Shown one piece after another: positions 52,741-64,000 of a stretch of DNA of 64,000 nt. The stretch is from assembly GCF_009914755.1 (NCBI RefSeq), contig NC_060937.1; one strand, 5' to 3'. The DNA is from the human T2T-CHM13v2.0 reference genome, Homo sapiens. The translations under genes and the position numbers were made by a program. Below the pieces are notes generated by a model. It made no database searches and had not been told where the DNA came from. It was given only the letters and a program-made list of their open reading frames with translations. Each line of letters begins with the position of its first letter. The first letter of the stretch is position 1.

Positions 52741-55269
52741 CTTACAGTTCATATTATTTATATTTAACTTATTGGTTTAAAAATCAAGTTAGTCCATTTT
52801 TCTAAATTTTAATAAAAACTATTCACAAATATATTTGCTTTATATTTATAAAAATGATAAATATGATTTCAGGTAAAGAAAAATTGAATCCCTTAAATTA
52901 CTCAGGTTTATTACAAAATTAGATATATTAAAATTACAATCAATATTCCAAAAATTATTCAATGGACAGCAATAAAAGAAAGAATAGAGAGATATAAGAA
53001 TGGGAATTTTCACTGATCATTTTCTATATCCACCCCAAACACTATATCATGTAAGCTGGAAATGCTAGTCTTTGAAATATTTTAAAACAATGTTGAATGA
53101 TTATTAACTTTTTCAGATTATGTTTGCTTGTGAATAATAGAGCTTTATAATAAAAAGATGTAAACAAGATACATTTTATTTTTCTTCCAGGACTGCTATA
53201 ACATTTCTACCACATAAAGTTCTTAGCAACTTAGGTTCCATTTCTTGAGCTTGATGGGTGACATCATTCTGACAGTTAACATCTTGCCAGTTGGGTTTTC
53301 CTGGAATCAACTCGGAATTAAAGATGGGTGTGAAAGAAATTTATTAGCATTTACTCTTAGGATATATGTCTTAGTAGGAAGGAGAGGAAGCAGCACTGAA
53401 CAGAGGATAAATCTGGCTGCAAAGCTGTTACAACAAGGTCTCTTCTCACAGTACAGGGAGCTCTGTAGCTATAATAGCTTTTCAGAGTTGTCCAGTGTTG
53501 GATCAAGAGGCTGGGGCTTTCTACCCACATTAATCGCTCACTAAATGCAGGGTGCTATGAAAACGTGGTGGGATCTTGGTCAAGATGACTTACGTCCTCC
53601 CAAGAGAGCAATACTCTAAGGTGGAAGGATAACTCCTTCTTCCTTGACGAGTGGCTCTGAAAGCACAACTCTGAATCTACTAGAGACCCTGTGGTCTAGT
53701 TTCTAATTTCAGACAGAAACAAGGAGAAAGTATGAATGAGAAAGTATTGTACTGAAATTTTTATAAAGTTTAAACTGTAACAAAATACTTCTACTTATAT
53801 ATTATTAGCCTGAACTTATTATTATAATGATCCCTCTTAAAATAAGAGTTTATAAATATGTATTTATTTACAATACATTAAATTTGTCCAGCTGAAAATT
53901 GGAGAGGGAATTTATTAAAATAGATGAAAGGTGTGTATATAATAAGAATTAGCTCTATTTGGTACATCATAGAAACAAGAATTCTGAATCAGAGTGGAAA
54001 TAACTTGCCAGGGTCAGATGTCCATTTATTAAACTCCTAATTGCACTAGCCTATGTCTATTTTCTTTCCACTACCAACAATTACCTTTCTAAGGTAAGTA
54101 AGATGAATGTATGAACAACTCAGTTTCTAATCAATTACAGTAAGTTACATATTCAAAGGGAAGCTACTGGGAATACCAAATAAATGCTTTCAAAATCATG
54201 CAATTATATCGTACTGCTCCTATTTAATTACAGGCAACATCAATATTTTGATGTAAGTAGGCAATTCATTTCCTCTTTCATTTCATATTTGAGATGCTGA
54301 TGCTCAGATAGTATCTGACAGCACATAATCTGATAGTAAATAGTAAAATAATTCAAGCTGCATACAAATGTTATTTTTTATCTTCTTTTAAAATTATTTC
54401 ATTTTTTTGCTTTTTCTGAAGACCAAATGATCAAAAATATTATGTTTTTAAAATTCTTAAATAACAAATTCATAATCAATTTTATTATACTTTAAATATC
54501 ACATCGTGTAATACCCAAATCTTGTTAAGACTATTTTAAATCTAAAGATGTCTGGTGCAGAACCAAAATTTTTGATAGAATATAAATCTGTATACATTAG
54601 AATAACTAAAATTGTAGTTTATTGTAAATGTGTAGAAAAATATCACATAATCTACGTATGAGGAGTGTCATAAGGTTAGTCTTACTCAGTTTGTCTCTAA
54701 ATTGAAGGTTGCTTTAGAGATAACAGCCAAATTCAAACACTCATTTTAGTGCTTCAGCATCCATGTTATTTTGCTTCATTCTATGTATCGTTTCCTTTTT
54801 TGTCTTTCTTGAGTGAGATTTTTTTTTTCTCTTGGTACAATCAGCTGTGGCCAGAGGGAATAAATTTACAAAGCTAAGAAGGGGCAGGTTCTCTGTAATT
54901 GGAAAACCATCCATAAACAAGTTCTAGAAGAAGTAGTTTACATTGCTGTATTATATTGCTATATTTTATTTCCGTCTACTTTATATTGATTAAATGATCT
55001 ATTGTTAATTAGTTAAATTCTGCGAATAATTTCTAAATGTATTTAGAAAATAGAAGATAAAGTACTTAGTGAATGGAAACAAAACATATTAATATGAATA
55101 AAATCTGTCTAATTAAAGTAAACCGTATTCAGCTCGAGTCATGTGTGTGTTTACAGATGATTCAAGTTATTCCCAGTAGTTATGTTCTATAAATTTGGCT
55201 GAGCACTGAAGGAGTAAATACTGAAGAGTGCTTGTGGCTGGAATAGAGGTTAAGGGTCCTGTGAGACAC

Positions 55270-55800
55270 CCATGACAACACCTTTGTCAACCAATGAATG
55301 CATAACCTTGTTTAATGTGCATTTCTTTTAAAAGGCATCTTATTTAATAAATATTGGTGATTCATTAACATAGAACTGGCCAAAAGCATTATATCTCATA
55401 CCTCAATGTAGCTTATTTAACAAAAACATTTCCCCTTAAGGCATATCACAGCCATTCTGAGCTTAGGAAAAGTAGATTACACTTCAGTACTATACTCAGA
55501 GTCCACTTTAAACAGGAAAATCACCAACAAAAAGCACAAAAATGCAAAAAAATGTAATCCTAAATGTACTTTAAAAGGACCCTTGTTTACAGTATGAGGA
55601 CTAAAACAAAAAGGTAGAGCACTGCCTTGTTTAGCTTCAGCTGGGAACTGTGTGTCAGGTGACTAAAATTGTTCAGTGCTGTCCGCATATCCATGAATGA
55701 TGGTAAAAGCACCAGGTGTGTTGATTTTGGGGTTACACATAAATGTTAAACTTGTAAAACTGGCATATTTGCAAATACAGAGTCCATAAATACTGAGGAT
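55270..55800. mobile_element. MER6-like (Tigger family)
   Basis: aaaatcaccaacaaaaagcacaaaaatgcaaaaaa...gacccttgtttacagtatgag...gattttggggttaca. Confidence 0.8.
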
Positions 55801-57058
55801 TTTTTAAACATATACACATTACTTTCTTTTAAAATAAAACATGTGTTACCCTAAATGTTTATGCCATATCAACATGATGGACTAGTAATATTTTTCAGTA
55901 ACATACAGATATGGGCACAAAAAGTTTTACATCAATTTATCTATATACTTACCCCTTAAAAAGTCCTCATGAATTTAATTAGTAAAAATAATTGTTTTCT
56001 TATATGTTAAGACGTTTGTTATAACATAGAGGAGTAGAGTTTGACCAATTCACTCCAAATGTTGAGTGATTTTTTTATGTACTTGAAAAACAATTTATAA
56101 GTAACAAAATTTTCTGCTAATTGGAGTGCTAGCAAATGTTGGAGTTACACTTGAAAGCAAAAATGCAGTCCTTACTACTTCATATGTGCTTGTCTGAGAC
56201 TGCTTTTATTAAGTCTAAGATGAGACAAGATTTGAGTTTAAAATTACATAGACTAGCCAGACAGGCAAACTAAAAGAAGACAGGAGGCAGGGAAGTTGAG
56301 AGGGGTCTCAGAAAGTTACTAGCAGGCATTCTCTGATTCTGTTTTTCTTTGCAGGTTTGTGATTGGTGACTTCACAGAAGGTTTTCAGGCACATGCTGAG
56401 AAGTCTAATTAAGAGAGTTATCTCCATTTGTGCAGGCTTGAGGGGGTACTTCAATCAAGTAGAACCTGTTGAAGTGTGAATAGGACGAGCAGGGGAAGTT
56501 GAAGTGTCATCAGGAGAAATAAGTTGGCTGTCGACCAAGAAGTGTCACAGGACAACTTTACTCTAGCAAAAATGTCTCCAGTTTCGTAAGAAGAGTTGGG
56601 GCAGAAAGAGCTTTTACCAGCACACTGGAAATTAATCTGTTTCTCAGGAATAACTTACAGAGCCCTCAGATGCCAGTTAGTTCAAATGTCAATTTATTAT
56701 TTTGCAATGAGAAGGCAACTTACTCTTCTCATCTGAATAATATATTTTCTCCACTGAGGATGGATTTCCTTTAGATGTTGACACATTTTTCAATAATTGA
56801 TTGATAGTCATAAAATCTAAATAAGGAGAAAATTTTAATAATAAATCCTGATAGTCTGATGCATGAATATTCTCAGTAGACATATTCCTGCCTGCAGAAT
56901 GAGGTAAGCCATATATCTCATATATCTTCACATCTGGCTACAGAAAACTGACAGTGACATTATTTGTTTCTCCAACCTCATTTTTTCTCTCTCTCTCTTT
57001 GTATTACTGACTAGTTCTTTTAACTGATCTATTTTGGAAGAGTATCTGGGAGTATTAA

Positions 57059-57723
57059 TAAAACTATCCTTATAAACTTTATAAAATTAACTATTAACCA
57101 GGAAAGAAGGAAGGGGGAGAAACCAAAATAAACCAAGCTTGTAGCACATTCAGCAAATTGATCATTAGGTCAGCTTACTTTCTAACTCAGTCTCTCATAG
57201 TTAGTCGTTCAGTGCCTATTGCCTCAGAATCATGCAGACCCTATCATAAGAGTATAGTTCTTCTTAACTGTTCTGTAGATAACAATGTGAACTTTATGAA
57301 ACATTAAGTTTCCCCTTTGAGAGATTCTTTCACGTCCTGCATACCAGTGAAACTGCGGATGTCAGTTGGTCTGAAGGACTCTGTGGACAACAGCTCATCT
57401 GAAGGACCTCATTGATGCCAGCTGGTCTGAAGGACCCAGTAGGAGCTGACGGACCTAATAGTGAAGTTTCAAAATCTGGGTGATTTCATTCTCCTTACCC
57501 TAACCAATCAATGAACTCAATTTTCCAGCCCCTTTCACTCTATGATCCTATTTTAAAAATCTTGGCCCAGAAATCCTTGGTGAAATGAATCTGAAGGTCT
57601 CTTCCCATCTCTTCCCTAGGTGTCCTGCAATCATTAAACTCTTTCTCTGCTGCAGATCCTTCTGTCTCAGTGTATTGGTGTGTCACTGCATAGCAGGCAT
57701 ATATATGACCTATTGGTCCTACA
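57059..57723 (+). mobile_element. ERV1 solo LTR, LTR26-like
   Basis: ccttataaactttataaaatt...aaaataaaccaagcttgtagcacattcagc; attaaactctttctctgctgca; ends in ca. Confidence 0.75.
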
Positions 57724-58075
57724 GCGTTAATATGCAGTTTTATCCCAAGAACTTGGAGGTAAGTTAACCTGTAAAAATAATAAATCAGGCAAACCTGATG
57801 CCACAGAAATAGTTAGCAATCTGAAAATACAGCAATAATTTATCAGTGTATGCTAGGTAGCTTGGGAAGCCTGGAATTAAAAATGATAGTTTTCTAGCAG
57901 TAACTTGATGAAAATTTATTCAGGGAGTATGTCACAATTACATTTTGTTAGCTAAAATTTGACCTTTTCTTTCTTGTTTTTTTACTTTTATTTCTTTAAG
58001 AGATTGTATGTTCACAGCATTGGATTAAAATCCTGGTTCACAACTTATACCCATCATTGCATTGTGCAAGATTTT

Positions 58076-58168
58076 ATGTGTGTATCTATATGTGTATGTG
58101 TATGTGTGTATGTATGTATGTATATATGTGTCTGTCTATTGATCTATTGATCGATCGATTGATCTATT
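58076..58168. repeat. (TGTA)n/(GATC)n compound microsatellite
   Basis: tgtgtatgtgtatgtgtgtatgtatgtatg...gatcgatcgattgatc. Confidence 0.8.
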
Positions 58169-58924
58169 AATTTAAAAAGTACCATATAGCGGAATGTTAG
58201 AACAAAGACAATAAGTTAACTTAATCACCATGTGGTCATTCCCTATTTTCTTTTCTTCATTCTCCCTCTACATTTATCTTTATTATAAATCTTGTGATCA
58301 TTTTTTTATATACATAATTTGAATTATCTATGTAGAGGATAAAACTACATGTGAGATGTTTCCACTATACCTGTGAAGAAATCCACAAAGATTCAATTTC
58401 CTCTAGTATTGAGAGAGAGCAGCAGAGCAAGCAACTGGGTGGGAGTGTTGAGCCCAGTTTTGCTTAGAAACTCCATAAATATCTTCTGATTTCAAGCTCA
58501 CCTCACAATCTAATAAATATACAGCAAGTTTCCAAGTAAATTGCCTAGAGATAAAAATGTTCTAACAGCTTTAAAGTTTTGTCTTATTAAATGTTTGCAT
58601 TTTTCATTATAAATTTAACAGATATTGTCATTATAATTTGGCATGCCTTGTAGCATATTTAGAAGAGAATACACAGAGAGTTCAATTCTTTGAATATTAG
58701 TGCTGGAAATGCAATTGTTGTGTTGAATGCTTGATTTGAAATTAAAACATTTTTCAGAGAATTTTAAGGAAAAAAATGAACATACTAGAATTATTTTTCA
58801 AAATATTGCTAAAAAATAAGAATTAAGAGCCAAAATATTAAATAGCCTAGGCTTCAGGATTTTAATCAAATCCAAACAATGTCACTTAAAAGTTATATAT
58901 GCCTTTTTATTCACATAGCAATAA

Positions 58925-59235
58925 TATTTTAATCACTTTACTGATGTATGTTTGACATAAATAAGGCTCTCTATATTTAATATATACAACTTGATTAGTA
59001 TAGAGGTAAGTAAACACCCATAAAACCATCACCACAATCTATGCCATATCTGTTACCTCCTAGTTTCCTCTTGCCTTCTTATTTATTATTTTTGCGGTTA
59101 GAATACTTAACGTATGTGCTCTGTTAGCATTTTTTTAAATACACAATTACAGCATTGTTAACTACAGTCACCATGCTGTACAGTAGAATTCTAGGATTAA
59201 TTCATCTTGTATAATTGAAACGTTGTACTCTCCAA
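58925..59235 (-). mobile_element. L1MA/MB 3' end
   Basis: cattgttaactacagtcaccatgctgtacagtaga...ttcatcttgtataattgaaac. Confidence 0.75.
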
Positions 59236-60627
59236 ATCTTAATTGTAATAACATTCCAAGTTCTTGAAATTAATAACTATATTACTAAAGCACCTATCAT
59301 AGGGCTGGGCATATAACAAGTGCTCAATATATAATGATATTTTTCCTTCTTCTCTTTTTCATTACCAGGTACATTTTTCTATGTTCAACCAAAATATCAT
59401 CTTATGTTTTATTTCTTTACATCACATTCAATTGCATGTCAATAAATGATACTTAAATTGCATGCCAGTTGAATGTGATGTAAAGAAATAAAACATAAGA
59501 TGACATATTGGTTGAACATATGTCGAACAAAATAATTGTTATGATGAAAACTCTCGTATAATGCATTGTTGGGTGAGTACATCATGTTCTAGATCATATA
59601 AAAGCTTGCTCTTCTCTAAGAATACTTGGGATCTTAGGACCATGTCACTGAATTGACTGTGACAGCCTTACTTCTATGGAACATTGGTCTGCACACAGAT
59701 GACACTACGCTCTGTGCCATCCCAAATATGTAACCATTCAGTAATATTATCCAGAAATCTGTCATTCTGAAAACTAACCTCAAAGGATGTATAACACAGG
59801 CTGGAATCTACTGTGGGTAAATGAATTGAGACTGCAGCGCATCTTGTTGATCTCCTAAGCTAAGCACCTAATCATTAGTACTAATCAGATTTAGAGACTT
59901 AATTAAGAATGCAGCTTGATTAGAAAAAAAAATATTAAAAAGAAGGAATAAAACCTGTGATCAGTACACAATACAAGGCATTGGCAATAAATGTAGTTGT
60001 GGGATTACTTGACCCCTGCAACATCCATAAGAGTTTAATTTATTTCATGTAAGTAAATTTTTATTGGCAAATTTCTAGAGAATGAAACCATTTATGACAC
60101 TCTCTCATCTTGAATTTTGTGTGAAAGAAACAGCCACCAAATCTTTAGATTTGAAGCAATTAAAAATAAATATTGTTTTGCAATATTACAGAATCAGCTG
60201 CTAATTTAAGGATGGCTCAAAAAACAGTATGCCTCAAGGTATAGTTTATGGAACATCTACAAATTAATCATCTGGCCTGCCTGTACAAAATTAAGATTTC
60301 AAGTATCTGTTTAGGTTAATTGGTATATAAACCCTGGGATTCTATGCGTATTGAGGTACTCAGATAATTTGTATGCATGAGCACCAATGTCCCAGGTAAT
60401 CTTGGGAAAATGACCAAAACAAGGAGAGAGATATTATTTAGAGGCCATTAAAAAAAAAAAAAGAGGACCACTTGAAGCTAGAACCACATACTGACATTCA
60501 ATACATTCAATATAGGCAGAGAGTGGCACTTTTGAGGCTTATTCCTCTAGAGGTGTAATCACAAATATAACTATTCTTAAAGACAGCTGTTGCTTTCTCT
60601 TATTAAAAAAAAAAAAAAAAGATACTA

Positions 60628-60904
60628 GGCTGGGCATAACGGTTCACACCTGTAATCCCAGCACTTTGGGAGGCTGAGGGAGGTGGATCACCTGAGGTCT
60701 GGAGTTCGAGACCAGCCTGACCAACATGGAGAAACCCCGTCTCTACTAAAAATACAAAATTAGCCAGGCGTGGTGGCGCAGGCCTTTAATCCCAGCTACT
60801 CAGGAGGCTGAGGCAGGTGAATTGCTTGAACCTGTGAGGTGGAGGTTGCAGTAAACTGAGATCGTGCCATTGCAACAAGAGTGAAACTCCATCTCAACAA
60901 CAAC
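60628..60904 (+). mobile_element. AluSp with a short 3' deletion
   Basis: cctgaccaacatggagaaacc, caacaagagtgaaactcc; ctccagcctgg segment missing; TSD aaaaaagatacta (60615 / 60905). Confidence 0.92.
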
Positions 60905-60919
60905 AAAAAAGATACTAAT

Positions 60920-61480
60920 AATAAGTGATAAAAATTGTGATAAATATTTGATTAACAATAATAGAATCCATTGATCAGGCTGTAGGGAATAGGCATTCAT
61001 ATTTTACTGTTTTGAGTGTAAATGAAACAACCATTGTGGAAACAAACTTAGAAATAGCTATCAATATTAAAAATGAATTTATCCATCGAATCACCAACTC
61101 ACTATTAAAAACATATCCTTTAGGTATAAGTGCATATATACGTAATCATTTATATATAGATCTCTTCATTGCAACATTATTTATAATAGCAAAAGATGAA
61201 ACAATTCACAATGCTGCAATATGAGATTCGATGAATAAAAATAAAATGTTACACTTACACAATGAAGAATACTGCATCTGAAAAAATTAGGATGCTGTCT
61301 GTGTATTGATATGAAAGTAATGCAAGATAGACTGATTAAAACAACAACGACAACAAATTATAGAAGAGTATATGTAATATACTAACATGAAAAAAGTGGA
61401 GTTTGAAAAAACATATCCATATTTGCCCTAAGAAAATCTGGTTGTTTTTATAAGAGACTACAAAAAGTAGGTTTGTTTTC
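60920..61480 (+). mobile_element. L1ME 3' fragment
   Basis: tcttcattgcaacattatttataatagcaaaa; gtgtaaatgaaacaaccattgtggaaacaa. Confidence 0.65.
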
Positions 61481-63324
61481 ATAAATTATATTTTATCTGA
61501 GAAAAATAATACTTCTGTGTATTTATGGAGTACAATATGATGTTATGTTACATGTATAAATTGTTGAATGATTATATTAGGCTATTTTTTCTTTGTGATG
61601 ACATCTCTTAAATTTCTTTAAACAATTTTGAACTATATAATACATTATAATAACTTTAGTATTTTTATGGGAAATTTAGGAGAAGAGTAGATGTCAGGAC
61701 AGGATTGGGGCAAAATGTCTCAAACTATAGAGCATTTTATGTCCCTTTGCTTTTTGACTTACGTTAATATATATCACGGCAAAACTAACTTGCTATAAAG
61801 TGTTTTATCTCAAAAGTAAAACCAAATCCTTGTTACAAAAAAGTGGATGTATTCTTTACATCACTTTCTCTTTTACTAGTACTTAACATATATCAAAGAT
61901 TGTCAGCAGATAAAACGACAAGGAAATTTGAACAAGCATTAAATTGATCCACATGAACATTGATTAAATTATCATTTAATGCTTAAATTATTCTTACATT
62001 TTTACTATCTTCTTTTTGCATCATTTGTTCCCTGCCTTTCTGAAGAGAGGTTTGGATAATGAATCTGTTTTGGATTACTCCTGTGAATTTATATTTTATC
62101 TATTCTGTTTCCTTAGACATGTGAAAGTTGTCAGACTACAAAGAGGATTTTTCACATGGACCAATGTGAACACATGATTTACTTGAAGCTGCAAGTAGCA
62201 AGACCAGAAATATCTATAACAGTGCTTGTTCCCGCTGGAATGAACTAGATTGAACTGTAATTTTCCGTTTAATTTCATTCCTCGCATTTAGTGTAGTCAG
62301 TCAGAATCCAAATCTAAATCGGTCTCAATCAAGTTTATATGCAGCAATTTGGCAGCTGAAGAAACATTATTCAAAACCCTAGTTGGCCATGCCTGTAGCA
62401 TCTATTTCAACTGAAATGGAGACAAGAAACTTAGAGTAAAACTGTTCAAAATATTTCCTTTGTACGCATGAATAACCAAAATATTCTTAGACTAGAAATT
62501 TGCAAGTAAATTCAAAAATATATATTTGTCAAATTTAGTGGGGAAAAAGTTCCCATTTTAGGAAAACATAATAAGCTACATTTTTCATTAGTGTTTTTTT
62601 TTTTTTTGGCAGTCCCAACCTTATCTGGAGAACTAAAAATTATATATCAACTAAACTAAATGTCTTATTTACGTCATATATATTTGAAATATACTATTCT
62701 AAAGTGAATCAATGAATCATGACATTGTACGATCTGGTTGTTCACAAAAGATTGCTTTTCAGAGGTTCATGATATCTATAGTACTTATTATTATTTTGAA
62801 TTAAAAACATAAATAAAGCTATCGGTGCTTGACTTTCCCCATTTGCAAATTTAAAAGTGGAATTCCAATAACTTATTTGCCTATATTTAAGTTATATGAT
62901 ACTCTGTGGTTCTTAAAGATTTTGCTAAATTATGTATTCCTCAAGGTAACTCTGTAAGATAGAGTCATTATCACTATTTTCATTCACTGGTGAGAAAATT
63001 AAAACACATGGGCATTAATTAATTTTTCTTATTCCTATCAATAATATAATTTCTATGCAGCCTTGGAATTTTCAATATCAACAATTGCCTTTAGGAGATG
63101 ACATGCAATGATTATTTATAAAATAGAAAGCATTGATATTAATATTGGACTTTTACGTATTTTCACCTCTAGAAATAATACCTCCATGCCTGGGTATTAC
63201 TTAGGTACACCTACATGTTTTAGCCTCTCTTTAAATTGTGCTTTGTTACACACTCACAACTCATTTGTTACTTCTTATTTACTTTTATATACTTGACAAC
63301 TTCTGAACAGAACTATCTATACAT

Positions 63325-64000
63325 TTTTTTAATTGGATATTCCATTCAAATTTTGTGGTTTATGTCTGAAACAAAATATTTAAACAAGGATCATTTGACT
63401 TACTCTTTTCCAACTTGGATATACTTGATTTCTTTCTGTTGCCTAGTTGCTCTCGCTAGGTCCTCCCACACTATGTTAAATAAAAGTGGCAAAAGTGGGC
63501 ATCCTTGTCTTGTTCTAGATCTTAGGGGAAAGTCTTCAGTTTTTCCCTGTTTAGTACAATACTAGCTGTGGATTTGTCATCTATGACTTTTATTGTGTTG
63601 AGGTATATTTCTTCTATACCCAGTTTTTTGAGAGTTTTTAATCATGAAGAACTGTTGAATTTTATTGAATGCTTTTTTAGCATCAATTGAAATGGTCATA
63701 TGGTTGTGGTCCTTCATTCTGTTGATACCTTGTATCACATTTATTGCTTTGCATATGTTGAACCATGCCTGCATCCACGGGATGAAACTCACTTGATCAT
63801 GATGAATGATCATTTTAATGTGTTGAATTCATTTTCTAGTGTTGTGTTGAGAATTTTTGCAACTATGTTCATCAGATATATATTTGTTTGTTTTCTGCTC
63901 TTAGTCATTGTCTGGTTGTAGTATAAGGGTAATATTGGCCTGGTAGGATGTGTTTGGAAGTATTTCCTCCTCCTCAATTTTTAATAGTATGAGTAGGATG
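63325..64000 (-). mobile_element. L1 ORF2 fragment (L1PB/MA-like), continues past the window end
   Basis: ORF 63577-63813(-) [26 protein letters not shown] is L1 RT; gtgggcatccttgtcttgttctagatcttagggg. Confidence 0.9.

Noticed and set aside
56335-56910. Possible exon between acceptor tttctttgcag (56354) and donor gag/gtaagc (~56903)
   Set aside because: No open frame spans it on the + strand, and such motifs are frequent by chance; transcript data would be needed.

Overview
AT-rich primate (probably human or another hominid) intergenic or intronic DNA. I find no credible cellular protein-coding gene, tRNA, rRNA or CRISPR array. The ORFs I can assign are L1 ORF2 remnants, Alu/LTR read-through or low-complexity sequence, and the rest are short with no recognisable domain. 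The window is dominated by transposon fossils: an internally deleted L1PA7-like element with target-site duplications (TSDs) and a nested AluYe5-like copy, 11 dimeric Alus plus a FAM, several ERV/MaLR solo LTRs, DNA transposons, old L1M/L2/MIR pieces, microsatellites and a ~1 kb 32-bp AT minisatellite. The most unusual structure is a pair of mosaic, locally templated insertions inside TA-rich repeats (30.9-32.8 kb direct, 36.7-36.9 kb inverted). Each joins an upstream donor to a downstream donor, and smaller template-switch scars occur at 5.0 and 46.8 kb. These look like DNA repair or replication scars; I see no support for a new gene-encoded system. Repeat family names come from recalled consensus sequences, not database searches, and boundaries of old elements are approximate.
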